Positions 29,401-40,899 of a stretch of DNA of 64,000 nucleotides are shown piece after piece. The stretch is from Pelagomonas calceolata. Its lineage: Eukaryota. The notes under the pieces are model-generated. The model saw nothing but the letters and a program-made list of their open reading frames with translations. It ran no database searches and had not been told where the DNA came from. Position 1 is the stretch's first letter. The number at the start of each line of letters is the position of its first letter. The stretch is taken from positions 1,736,001 through 1,800,000 of the forward strand of contig CAKKNE010000004.1 of assembly GCA_918797485.1 (NCBI GenBank), given 5' to 3'. Made by a program: the position numbers and the translations under genes.

Positions 29401-32400
29401 AGGCCAGGCCGCCCATGGCAGTGAGTTGACCGCCGACGCCACTTGGTGCAACTGAGCCTATAATTGCGACTGTGCCAGAGCAAGAGCCAGAACCAGAGCC
29501 GGAGCATATCGTAATGGCGCCCGCAGCAGCTGCCAAGTCACCGCCCATATTACTAGTGGTAGTCCCGCTCGCAAGAATTAGACTACCTGAGCCAGCACTG
29601 GAGCCGACACACGAAGTATTAAAATATATCACTCCAGTACCTTGGGCAGTGGATGATCCGGTGACTAGAGCGACGGTTCCGGCGACGGCCTCCTGGGTAC
29701 TACCCGATGATAGAGAAAGATTGCCAGAATAGTCTCCGGAACCCGAAGACAGGTTGAGTGAGCCGCCGGGTCCCAGAATGGAGACGGCGCCACCGGGGGT
29801 ACCTCTCCCTGCCTGCAGAGACAAAGCTGCATTAGACTCTGTAAGAGGATTAGTAGTATCCCCGACTCTAAAGCAGATGTCACCACCATCACTTTGTGCA
29901 TTACCTGCTAAAAGTGAAAAGTTGCCAGACGCAGACGCATCTCCAGAGCGCAGGGATATGTCCCCGGCTTCGAGCCGCGCGCTTCCACTCGTCGTACCAC
30001 CGCATCCAGAGCAGATGGATACACCTGCAGCGACCCCGGCCCCCGTTCCGACAGCGACACAGATAGCTGCACCAATACCCGAACCTCCAGAGCCGACGAG
30101 CAAGCTAATCGCACCGCCCTGGTCGCCAGTGATCGCATCACCCGAGCTGAGGCGCAGCATGCCCGAGTTTCCGGTCCCTGTAGGCGCGGTCAAAGCATCG
30201 AGTGCACCTGTTTGGGCGTTTGTGTGCGCCGAGGAGAAACTAGCTGCTCCCGTCTGAGAGGACCGCCCGTCACCGCTGATGCACTTGACATCACCACCCT
30301 GAAGTGTCGAAGACCCGCCCGTGATCACGAACTCTCCACCTTCTGCCGCCGACTCCCGAACCGTTCGAAGTGAAACCGCGCCCCCAGATTGGTGGGCATA
30401 ACCAGCCACAGCGATAAAAGTTGCAGTCTCACCGCAAGCACTCATGTTGATAGCGCCAGCGGTGCCCGTCGTTGCGTTCCCTGATTTAATTACGATTGAT
30501 CCAGAGGTTTCTGACGTAGCGGTGCCACTCTGAAATTCCAGGCTTCCACTCGAACCCGCCTCGCCTCCCGAATTAGCTGATGCTACAAGCACTGCTCCGC
30601 TAAAGTGTGCACTTTCGCCAGAGCGCAGAATCACAGAACCTCCCGTGCAAGTTCCGCTCATTCCACCGGTAAGTGTTGCAGCTGCACCGGCGCCACTGTG
30701 TGCACAACCACAGGTAACGCATATTTCGCCCGGTTGCTTACCTGCACCTGTTGCGACAACTACTGGCCCAGAGTCGCTCGTGGCATTCCCCGTGCAGATA
30801 CTTAGTTGCCCTGTGCAGGCGCCAGTGCTGGATAGGCAACTCACGACCCCGCTCCGAGTTGTTGACCCCCCTGACTCAAGGTTTATGCCCCCACCTTGAG
30901 GACTGCTTCCACCACCGGCGCCTAACAGAACCTCACCGCCCGAATCATCCTTTGCTAGGGTGGCACCGGCCAATACCGCCAAATTTCCAACCAGCTCGCT
31001 TGAATTGCCGGTCTCGAGAACGACTGGGCCGCTACTAGTCTCGGCTGCTCCAGTTGCAATGACATATGTGCCCGTGGCATGACCAGAACCTGTTGATGCG
31101 TTTAGGTTGCCAGAAAGTAGATTTCCGCTCCCGCCCAAAATGGTAGCCGAGCCGCCATTTCCCAAATTTGCAGAGCCCAAGCGCACCTGGACACCACCAC
31201 CATTCCCATTCGTGGCACTGCCGCCGCTCATTATCATATTTCCGCCAAAAAAACCGGCACCACCAGCGGAGCCCACTACCCGACCACCCTGGTCTCCGAT
31301 ACCGGCCATAGCAGACACGCTTCCACCAACTTTTGCATCTCCAGCAGCAAGGCCCACAGCACCGCCGCCTGGCGAGTCTGAAGTGCCGGTCACGAGCCGA
31401 ACCGCACCACTGAATTCCCCGGAAGTCGAGTGTCCAGACAGCCATGTGACGTTTCCAGAGTTGACTGCAGTGTTGGACATGACCTTAATCATTCCGCTGT
31501 CCTTGGCCGTGCCACCCTGTAAGCAGACGCCACTTGCTGAATTGTCCGAACTTCCACCGTCCGCAACTATAGCATTTGTTGCCTGCCCATGCTTGGCGCT
31601 ACCCGCAGAAAGCGTGATACCCCGAGCCAAACTTGATTCGGTTGGTTTTGAGTTTCCCGTGATGAATTCCACAGTTCCTACAATGCCTGACGCTGCGTTT
31701 CCCGTGACAAAGGCGAGTTTCCCTGTCGCATCGGTGCCCCCCTCCACGACGTCAGCTGTTCTAAGACAAGCGAGCCCAGATGTACCAAGAAGACCGAGAC
31801 CAGTTGCGAGGGCCACGGTACCGCCGCTATCCGCACCGCCGCCCGTGGCTACCACGTTCCCCCCCTCAACATCTTGCATGGTTGATAATGCTGCGGCGAT
31901 TGAAAGATCGCCTCCCCTCGCACCACCGTTACCAGCAGTCAAGTTAATGGCACCAGCAGTAAACGATGCCGCGGTTGGGCCCGTGGCCAGAATGACGCTC
32001 CCGCTAGTGACGATATCAGACCCTGCAACAGCGTGGCCGGCGCGGCAGTTTACACCGGCAGATGTCGCTTGAGCTTCACCTACACGTGCCAGGACCTCTC
32101 CAGTACTTCTTACGGTGGCAATTCCGGTGGCGAGTAAGAGTTTTCCACTCGAGGTAGAGGGTACGCATTTGTTGGCAGTGAGTAGAGTAATATTGCCGCT
32201 TGTTGAACCGACGCCGCTCCGGGCTTCAACTGGACCACCGACCGCGTTGGAAGATCTACCTGCTACTGCGGCAATGAAGCCACCGACGGCGTTCGTGTCT
32301 TCTGCCCCGCCTGCATGTATGATGAGGTCACTATCGGCGCTACTTGAGCTGGCATCGCCAGTTGAAAAGCGTATCATCCCAGAGTCCGTTCCTAACGCTG

Positions 32401-35400
32401 CGCCGCTCGCAACGAGAACACTTCCAGACGCGCGAGTGGGTCCGTCGGTTTCGACGCCCAAGTTGCCTGACGACTGACGTATAGCTCCACCAGACACGGC
32501 TGTCGCACTCCCACCGAAACTTCCGGAACCTGCTTCGCCAACCGAAGCGCCTGCTGTTAAATTAATGGCACCACCGGAACCAATGCTACCCGCACCGATG
32601 GCCAGAGCGATATTGCCACTACGCCCGCCTGCGGCGCAGCCAGTGGCTAGTACTGCCTTGCCGGACTCACCAGCAGTAGCAGTCTTTGTGTCGCAAAAGA
32701 TTGTGCCCGAAGTTCCACAGGTCCCAGCATTCTTGGTGTTGAGATTAACGGCGCCGCTGGTGGTAGTCGTCGAGGCACCTGTGGCGATTATGACAGCACC
32801 ACCAGACGAGGTAGGAGCCTCGCTGCTGCCTGCAATCAATTCAGCAGAACCTCCAGATGCGCCGTTTGACCAACCGGCCACCGCAATAGCGCGACCACCG
32901 GCCCCTGTGAAAGGTTTGATATTGTCACCACCTGCTGCACGTACGAAACCACCGTCGGCAAATTCACCCGATGCTGTCCCTCCAGAACAAGATAAGTCAC
33001 CAGCGCTCGCCGAACCAGTTCCAATCAAGAGCATTAAGGAACCAGCAACACCGGTCGCAGTGCCCGTTGAAAGTTCTAGAGACCCAGATCTACTAGAAGC
33101 AGAACTTCCAGTACGACAAAGAATACGACCCGATACCATGTTGGCTGGACACGTCGTGACGTAAATATCGCCAGAGGTTGTTGACAACGACTTTCCAGAA
33201 GATATATAGATAGCCCCGCCGTTGGCGCCGTCATCCCCCTGGCAGCCGCCGCCTGATCTTAGTGTTGCATTGCCACCGGCACCGCTCGTACCGCCCCCCA
33301 CACGAAAATCTATGAACCCTGCGGTACTTTCCAGGGCGTCACCAGACAACAGAGACAGCATGCCCGAATTTCCGCCGCGCGCAGAGCGGGCAGAAGTCGT
33401 GCCTGTAGCAAACCACATGGCACCGGATACACCTGATTTGCCGGCATTTGCAGTGTAGAGCAGAATACTGCCACTAGAACTCTCGCTCCCCCAGCCAGAT
33501 CGTAAATCTATGTCGCCTCCCACCCCTTCCTGCGAAAATCCTCCGTAAAGGCGAGCACTGCCACCGACATCAGTGGCGCCGCATCCCCCTGCTGTTCCTC
33601 CGGAGACATAAATAGCACCGCCCGAGCCGCCTTCTGCGTCGACTGCAGTGCCAGGCCCACCGCGAAGACCGACGTCACCACCGCAAGCAGCAGCGTCTTC
33701 TGTCTCGCCCCCACGGATTGACAAAGCACCGCCTGCTGCCGAGTCGCCGGACCCAACAGCAAGGTCAATATCACCACCAATACCTACAGTCGCAACTCCG
33801 GAACTGACCAATGAGTGACCCGAGTTCCCAAAGGAAGCCGAGCCTGTCCTCGCGATGGTACTTCCAGATGTACCGTCACTACCAGAAGAAGCGGTCGCAA
33901 CACGGAAGATGCCCGAGGATGTTAATGTACCGTATCCAGAAACAAAATTGAATGTGCCGCCCGAAGAGTATGCAGCTGTCCCGCCATACGCACGTACGTT
34001 TCCGCCAACATCATCCTCCTTGCAAAGTCCGGACGCTTGACCCCCACAGACGTAAAGACCACCACCGCTACCACCGCCATAGCCGTACGTACTGCTACCG
34101 TGACCAGCTACGATGCAGACTGCACCGCCGATAGCTTCGTCAGCGGAGCTTTCGCCAGCAAGAGCGAGGACATCACCGCCGTCACCCGAGTTGCCCACGC
34201 CAACAAACATCTCCACTGATCCGCCCATACCTTGCGTGGCCGGTCCCGATGAAGTGATAAATCGGCCTGACGCTCCATCAGAAGTTGTGCCTGTAGCAAA
34301 GTGGATCGATCCTGAAACTCCCGACATACCGGCATTTATGGTATCCAAGGAAAACGTTCCTGATGTTGTCATCGCCGATTGCCCAGATACCACTCGCACG
34401 CCCCCCCCCGTCTTATCTGCAGCTCCACCACCACTGGCCGCAGAGGCGCTCGTACTTGAAATTATCACAACATCTCCCGCAGTACCTGAAGTCCCACTTC
34501 CGACTGCAAGGTGGACGTACCCTGCACGTCCCCGGGTGGCAGTTGATGTGACTACCCGGCACGACCCAGTTGCGCCACCAGCAGCTTCCTCGTCAAGTCC
34601 CGTTGCACCGGTCGAGAGATCAATGGCGCCAGACACACCAGCCTCGCCGGCGTTCGCAGTTGCGAGATCAATAACACCCGAAGACCCTCCTTCACCATAA
34701 CCACTGCGCGTTAGCAAGGAGCCACCACAGCCCGTTCGTGCAAATCCACCAACACAAGAAACACTGCCACCATCGTCGACGAATGCACCGCCTTCTGCAC
34801 CTCCCCCCAGAACACAAATAGCACCACCACAGCCTCCACCGCTTATCTCGTTGTCGGAACTTCCTGCACCGGCAGAGATAGATATGGCGCCGCCCACCAT
34901 GGCGTCTGCGGTGGTCTCACCTGCAATTACAATGACACCACCACCATCACCCGAATCGCCTATACCAACTCGCAGCCAGATATTTCCGGCGGCACTGCCC
35001 GAGGATGAGTCACTTCCACTATTGCAACTGGCTTCGCCTGAATATAGGGAAACACAACCAGAAGCACCATCACTTGCCGTGCCCGTTTCTACATTGATTC
35101 TACCTGAAGTCCCTCTCGCCCCGCCATCCGGAGTCGCCACATCCAGCCGCCCCGAAGTCGTGACCGTAGACGATCCGGCAACAAGCCCCAGGTAACCACC
35201 AGTAGATTCGGCCGAGGTTTGACCAGCTGCTATTTGTCCAGCTCCACCTTCACTTGAGTCCCCTAGACCAACATGTACGAAAATAATGCCACCAGTGCCG
35301 GAGGTAGCTGATCCAGAGGCCAAAAATAGATATCCGCTGCATCCTAAGGCACTTGATCCCGTTGAGAGGGTGATAAGTCCGGAGACACCCTCGTCGGCCA

Positions 35401-38347
35401 CGTTACCTGAGCTCACTAACAAAGGCCCCGACGATGCAGCACAAGCCGCCGTCGTTCCTAAATGAACTGCCCCTCCGTGGCCTGCGTGCGCGCGCCCACC
35501 TTGCGCAATAACGCCACCGCCGAAGTCTGCAGCGCAAGTTCCACAGGCTTCGCCACCAATAACATCTACTTCGCCGCCATCACCACCATCATTGCTCTGT
35601 GAGCCAGTGCCATCACCGGCAAGGACTCGTACGGCTCCACCGCTGTGTGCCCAAGCCGTCGTTCTTCCCCCAGCGAGATCAATCGTACCACCATCTGCAC
35701 GAGAAGAAGTTCCCGTTGAGACAATAATTGCGCCACTGATGCCGCCCACCACTGATCCCGTCCCAACACCAACAATCCCACTTGACGCCCCGCAGCCGCG
35801 GCCTGTAGTCAGCAAGAATCCGCCGCTTGCTGCGATTGCAGAGTTCGTGGCAATAATGGAATCGCCTGTGCCGCTGCCGTGATTGGCCGCTCCAGCGTCG
35901 ACTCTAACTGTGCCGCCGCCGCCTTCAGTTGAACTTCCACCGGAAATGCAAATGGGGCCTCCGCGATCACCAGACGCTTCGCCAAAGGCCGAACCTCCAA
36001 GAACCTTGATGGATCCACCATCGCCGCCAGATGCTGCATCCGAAGAGCAACCGGCTCCACCGATCACGCTGATGTCACCGCCAGTTGCTCGCCCTGCGCC
36101 CGATGCAATGCCGACTGTCGTCCCATCATCGATTGCACTCGTGCCAGCAAGGGCTAGAGCATCACCCGCATTTGCGCCAAATACTCCATCACCGGACCGT
36201 AGCGCGATATTGCCTTCGGTATTCTTCCCGGTGGCGAGGTGAATTTTGCCACTGTGACTATTCAATGCTGTGTTTGTTGTCATCAAGCGGCAGGTACTAT
36301 CCATATCGGTTGCAGAAGCGCTGCTCCTGACCGCCACACGGCCACCCGCAGCGGTACCGTGCCCCCCAATAGCGTGTATGCATCCGCCGCTTGAGGCAAG
36401 GGCGCTACCCGCTGCGGTAAAAATAGAGCAGCTTGGCGACGATGCACCGCCGCCAGCCGCGCAGTTTATTTGCCCGCTACAACCATTTGCGATGGAAAAA
36501 TCAACTGCCCCCCCCACGGACGTACCTCGGCCTGCGCTTAGGGCAATGCGCCCAGCTAGTTCAGCAGCACTTCCAGTTACACAGACAGGGCCGGCATCTG
36601 CGATAGCATTGCCCGTGGCTGCGGCAAGACTTCCCGTCTGCGAGACACCGGAACCGGTCTGCGCGGTAATCCTGGGTCCGTCACGATGTGAGCACGGCGT
36701 GTCAATAATGCAACTACCTGTGGCCTTTCCCGCTGACGTTCCGGTTCCCAGTACAATATCCGCTCCATCTCCACTAGCAAGGCACGTCATTCCGGCCTCT
36801 ATGTGTATACCTGCTGCGGTAATTTGTCCTGAGCCACCTGCGAGGCTGACAGACCCCCCCTTCTTTGTCAGGCTACTACCGGCGGACAGGCTGATTGCAC
36901 CAGACTTATCTCGTGTTGAACTACCAGTGCCCACCACCAGAGAGCCACTCAGTCCGCTGGGACCTGAATTTTTTGTCTCAAGAAACACGTGACCAGACTG
37001 ATTTCCCCCAGTTCCAGTGAGTATTGTAGTAGTTGAAGAGATCATGTCTTCTGTGTAGCCACCCTGTAAGCGAACAAAGCCGCCAGCGCCCATCTCTTCC
37101 GCTGTGGCACCTTGCACAACAACAGCACCGCCCTGTCCCACAAGCGAAGACGAGGCATTTCCCGCCTCCAGCTTGATGTCACCACCGGGGTGACCAGTTC
37201 CCGACTCAATCGCTACGTCAGCTCCAGTGCGGTGATAGGTAGCACCTGTGTCCAAAGCAATGGACCCAGAAGTCTGCGGAGTGCTGCCTGTCTCAATTGA
37301 TATTTCGCCACTGCTCGCAGAGTCTCCACTTTTAATGAAGACGCTGCCAGAATAGCCATCAGTTCTGCTGGTATCTGCCGTGGTAACTGAGAGATCGCCA
37401 GAGTGGCCGGTACTAAATGTAATCTCGCCGGGCGAGGTCCCGCTACGACCGGCTTCTAGTGTCACCTGCCCCCCAGCCCCGGATCCAGATGCCCCGACGG
37501 CTAGAGATGCCGTGCCGGCCGCGCCAGAACTCGCCCCACAAGTTGCAAATTGCACATCACCAGTCGCACGTGAGCTAACTCCAGTGACAAAACTAAGGGT
37601 GCCGCCGCCAGCAGCGTCAAGACGTGCACTACCGCTCACTCCCTGTTGACTGTAGCCTGTTATTAGTGCGACGGCTCCGCCTGTGCCAGTAGATGAAGCA
37701 CCCCCAAGAAATGTAAGCCCACCCCCAGTGCCTTCGCGCGCAGCTCCGCCAGCAACTTGCACTGTGCCAGCAACACCATTCTTTTCAACAAATCTATACC
37801 CTGCGCCACTGCCCGCGGAGAAACTCATGTCACCACCTCCGCCTTGGAGCTCGTCGCCGCTACCTGCTTCGAGGATGAGTGCGCCACCAGCAGCGTTCAC
37901 GCCTTCTACCTCACCAGCAGCTACGGAAACATCACTGGCGGAGCCCAGCTTAATGACCTCGTCGGATACAACGAGTTCAAACGCCGTCCCCGAAGAGTGT
38001 AGCTGGCCACCACCAAAAAGGCCATCTGGTTCCAAGATGAAGTCACCCACAACTCGCGTTTCGGGAACCCAAGTAGTTGGACACGGGGCATCAAAAGTTG
38101 TTCCGTGACATTCGCGTGTAAAAATGGCGCTTACATCCAAACATCGCTGGTCGGATGCACACCAGGCACATGACTCAGCGGCTACGCAACTTCCACAATC
38201 CAAATAATCGTCGCAGGCAGGCTCTTTAGGACAACTCGCTTCTAGCCCAGATACGCCATCCAAGTCCAAGGATTCGCACTCTGCCCACGTCACCAGTGGT
38301 AAGGCATAGCTGAGCACAAGAAGTAGCCCAGTGGAACGCGTCGCCAT
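1..38347 (-). CDS. Giant (>=~12,670 aa, 3'-incomplete) secreted Gly/Ser/Ala/Thr-rich repeat protein with PSI-like domain and two internal peptidase S74/ICA domains; 6 exons
   Basis: ATG at 38347 starts a signal-peptide-like MATRSTGLLLVLSYALPLVTWA. Introns 28854-28912 (GT-AG), 21454-21543 (GT-AG), 14974-15041 (GT-AG), 14784-14839 (GT-AG) and 14411-14469 (GC-AG) each join the flanking repeat-coding frames in phase. Repeat-type coding continues to position 1, apart from small indels at ~2200-3800 that are probably consensus errors. Confidence 0.85.
14470..14973 (-). CDS. Giant protein exons 4 (14840-14973) and 5 (14470-14783)
   Basis: Exon 4 reads VNITTGQGTSSGSGHLVLRTADSGDEDDSGALQLATGTTCRGDSG. 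The intron GTGAGT...CCCGCAG (14784-14839) joins it in frame to ORF 14411..14773. Confidence 0.8.
15042..21453 (-). CDS. Giant protein exon 3: remainder of second S74/ICA domain and Gly-rich repeats
   Basis: The acceptor GCTGCAG|G TAT AAC is in frame with ORF 14991..21467. The donor is GAT|GTCTCT at 15041. Confidence 0.85.
21181..21572 (-). other. Peptidase S74 / ICA autoprocessing chaperone domain 2 (split by intron 21454-21543)
   Basis: The spliced sequence reads SDSRIKRDISYNVNLGAVYEGFTRVPLASYKYSEAW...RGVIAQELHHV...VDKQGLVLDLIGALQAK. Confidence 0.85.
21544..28853 (-). CDS. Giant protein exon 2: Gly-rich repeats, first S74/ICA domain, start of the second
   Basis: The acceptor TTGTTCGCAG|GTCACT at 28854 is in frame with ORF 21540..28721. 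The exon ends at SDSRIKRDI-S with donor TC|GTAATT. Confidence 0.85.
22177..25942. repeat. 400-bp near-identical direct repeat (22177-22576 and 25543-25942) inside exon 2
   Basis: Both copies encode ASQPATTFTSGCVHLGSGAAGRAG...SGPVRLG with only a few substitutions (FDFDG vs FDVDG). Confidence 0.95.
27001..27305 (-). other. Peptidase S74 / ICA autoprocessing chaperone domain 1
   Basis: SDQRIKKDL (Ser and Lys at +5), YGY..AW, RGLIAQELRNVFPEHV, INTLSLALDSIAGLQAQ. Confidence 0.85.
28913..38347 (-). CDS. Giant protein exon 1 (3145 aa): signal peptide, PSI-like domain, Gly-rich repeats
   Basis: Part of ORF 28901..38554. The donor AAT|GTCACC at 28912 precedes the ORF stop. Confidence 0.85.
38078..38215 (-). 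other. PSI (plexin-semaphorin-integrin)-like cysteine-rich domain
   Basis: CDDYLDCGSCVAAESCAWCASDQRC...CHG...CP matches the C-x-C-x2-C-x5-C-x-W-C-x5-C pattern. Confidence 0.75.
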
Positions 38348-38398
38348 GGTATAAAAAGTGATATCCCGGATCCTAACCTTAAACCTTATTACTACTGC

Positions 38399-38422
38399 GG
38401 TACCGTAGGTACCTACGGTACC
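38399..38422. promoter_or_regulatory. 24-bp perfect palindrome GGTACCGTAGGTACCTACGGTACC upstream of the giant gene
   Basis: Lies ~50 bp upstream of ATG 38347. An identical copy is at 57148-57171, upstream of the HTTM-like gene. A regulatory role is inferred only. Confidence 0.4.
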
Positions 38423-39597
38423 TACGGTACATGGCCGCGGCAAGTGGTACAAGTGGTACAAGTGTACAGTGGTACCGTGGTAAAAGGTACTGGAATTACC
38501 CTGGTTCCCTTCCTTGTGGGTTTTCTCTCTCCTAATCCTCCTAGTACTACCCACCTCAGGCTTGAAGCCTGAGCCTGAGCGTAATGAGTCACACTCCCCG
38601 GGCCCGCCGGCCCGCCGCCGGCGGGCCGGGCCGGGGGGGCGGGCCGCCGAGTCTGAGGCTCTCTTTTACACCAACTTGGCATCTTGAAGTCGCCAAACTC
38701 ACCGTGACCGTCACTCATGGTATCGCCGAAAGTACCAAAATCATTATGATTTTGCGGGTATGGATATTTCCTAGGAACTCTGGGGATTGATCCAGCTCGG
38801 TGAGATACGTCGATTTCCGGTCTCAGACTAGATCGACTACAAGACGACTACGAAGGCCTCTGAGGCATCGGACGCAGGTGCTACCCCCCACGCGGTCGAC
38901 CGTGCCCGCCCCGGGACCGTCATGGTGACTCCGGCTAGATACTTATCTATACTTTACAGCCGTAAGACTCCGTAGAAGCAAACTTGAAATTGCCAGTGAT
39001 TTCGGACCGTGACGCGGGTAACAGGGCGGCCGGCCCAGGACGCCACGCGTTCCGAGTCCGACTGAGTCTCAGGCTCCTGGGCCCTGGTCGTACAGGTTCA
39101 GTGTGGATTGCTTGCCATGGGTTTGGGTTTTCAATTTACTACGGCGGTCTCAGGCTGAGCGAAGCCTCAGGCTGCCAGTGAGCCTGAGGATCATAATGAC
39201 TATTTGACCTTCACTGGCAAGCCGCCTGAGGACTAGCTCCGACTCGGAGTCCGCACTGGCAGGAAGAGAGTGCGTTACTTACCTACCAGCGGGGGTAAAC
39301 CCCACCCGATAGTAACTTGAAGCAACCCCGAGTCTCTCTCTCGTGTCCAGCCCGGGGGGGGGGGGGCTGAGGTACGCCTCCATCTACTACCCCCCCTCTA
39401 GTAGGCTCTACCACCCTCTATACCCCCCCAGGCCTGACACTCCGAGTCAGGCTGTATAACTGGCAATTACCCGAGGCGGCTGTATTTCGACCCATGTTGA
39501 CCCACACTAGTTTGGCTGGGCTTAGTAGTTAAGTAGCAGGCAAGAGGATTCGGTTTTGGTTGGGCTTCATATAGGTTGGGCTATCATTATAGAGATC

Positions 39598-40899
39598 TCA
39601 CTCTTCTTCTTCAGTGTTCTCGTTGGGAGATGGGCGTGTGGTGCGGTCCTCCTCTTCGAAAAGTGCGCTAATTTCTTCGTCTACAAGGGCCCATTCTGGC
39701 TGAATACCGGGCGTGGCCGGTATCTTGTACGATACACCTCGAAGAGAGGGACAGCCAAAGCCACAGTAGATATTTGTGAACTTGTTACCAAAGGCGACGG
39801 CATATGCACCGGGCCACTTAAGGCTTTTCACGCATACAGTGCTGTCTGGAGAGTCACCTGTACCAGGGCAGGCAGATATTGTCCACGCCGGACCATCTAC
39901 AACTTCGTCTTCGGCAATAGATCCTAGAATTGGTTGATTCTGAAGCTCCTGCTCGGGTCTGGAGTCCTCATCTTCGTTCATCGGCGGCTGGTTGCATCGT
40001 CCATTCCGATCGATGAGTAACTCGTGGTGAACCCATGAGCTTAACTCTTTAAGCTCGTCGATGGTCCTGTGTTCACTTATTTCCTCGACCTTCTTTATTG
40101 CTTTGATTCCCTCGTCGACGCCATCATCTTCAATATAGAACCCACTGGGCGAAATGCTGCACTCGGCTGTGATCTGTGCAATCTGGGAGCGAAGAAGATG
40201 TGCTTCCGTGCCGCCAGGGAACGGTGGATAGGAGGGCACCGGTGCATTCAAATCTCCGGTAAAGAATCTATTGATATTTCTTCCGACAATAATTGCGTCA
40301 GGCAGCACATTTGGGAGCTTGGTCCATTCCCCGCCTATCTTACTGCAGACCCAAAACGCATACTTGTTCGCCCCCTCCATACCTTCAATGATATTCACCT
40401 CTTCTGCGGGTGGTGGTTCAGGGTTTACCCCTTGAACTACATAGTAATCACTAGATCTTCCGAATATTTTGCCCCAAAACCGAAGGCTGCTTGCTTCGAC
40501 TTTTGCTTTTTGTTTGATTGCGAGGTAAAGCTGGTACACCTCGGTGCGGCCAAAATTCACTCCAGTCCACTCAAATACATTCGCCTCCGTCATTAGATCT
40601 GGATACGAAATCTCAGCTGCCTCGTTTTCAGTTGGAGTAAACAGGTGACACGCAATCCTACACCATTCTAGCTGTGAGATCTTTTCTGCATCGAACGGCT
40701 CCGTATCGAGTTCAGTCAGCAGTGAGGGAGCGTGCTGAGTGATCTCTCGGAGGTCTTGAGATAACTGTTCAAACACGGCGTTGGCATTGTGCGGCTTTTC
40801 AACTATTATCTTTAGCAAAAGTCGCGAAAGATGCTCATATAACGAGGCCCCCTCCTCATCCTTGCCACGCAGATATTGTTTAGCTTCCTCGAACGACAT
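39598..40899 (-). CDS. RSP4/6: Flagellar radial spoke head protein RSP4/6 (RSPH4A/RSPH6A family)
   Basis: Contains SLYEHLSRLLLKI, LRFWGKIFGRSSDYYVVQG, GANKYAFWVC, WTKLPNV, FFTGDLNAPVPSYPPFPG, EAHLLRSQIAQIT, SLKWPGAYAV and NIYCGFG. Intronless, 433 aa. Confidence 0.92.
   Translation of the reverse strand: MSFEEAKQYLRGKDEEGASLYEHLSRLLLKIIVEKPHNANAVFEQLSQDLREITQHAPSLLTELDTEPFDAEKISQLEWCRIACHLFTPTENEAAEISYPDLMTEANVFEWTGVNFGRTEVYQLYLAIKQKAKVEASSLRFWGKIFGRSSDYYVVQGVNPEPPPAEEVNIIEGMEGANKYAFWVCSKIGGEWTKLPNVLPDAIIVGRNINRFFTGDLNAPVPSYPPFPGGTEAHLLRSQIAQITAECSISPSGFYIEDDGVDEGIKAIKKVEEISEHRTIDELKELSSWVHHELLIDRNGRCNQPPMNEDEDSRPEQELQNQPILGSIAEDEVVDGPAWTISACPGTGDSPDSTVCVKSLKWPGAYAVAFGNKFTNIYCGFGCPSLRGVSYKIPATPGIQPEWALVDEEISALFEEEDRTTRPSPNENTEEEE

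Noticed and set aside
3800..38000. Collagen, ice-nucleation or RTX repeats
   Set aside because: There is no Gly-X-Y triplet, no AGYGSTxT octamer and no GGxGxDxL nonamer. The period is ~15 aa.
78..38108. Dozens of Pro/Ala/Leu-rich plus-strand ORFs (e.g. 78..1175, 10564..11421, 31107..32072)
   Set aside because: They are antisense shadows of the Gly/Ser-rich minus-strand gene, whose codon usage leaves few stops on the opposite strand.
3741..38554. Four separate giant genes, or a bacterial operon of PE-PGRS/autotransporter-like adhesins
   Set aside because: The gaps are short spliceosomal-type introns that restore the frame, one of them within a domain. Only the first ORF has a signal peptide, and the neighbouring genes are eukaryotic.
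38348..38554. 69-aa N-terminal extension of ORF 28901..38554
   Set aside because: It starts at a non-ATG codon and runs through low-complexity palindromic upstream DNA. The ATG at 38347 gives a signal peptide.
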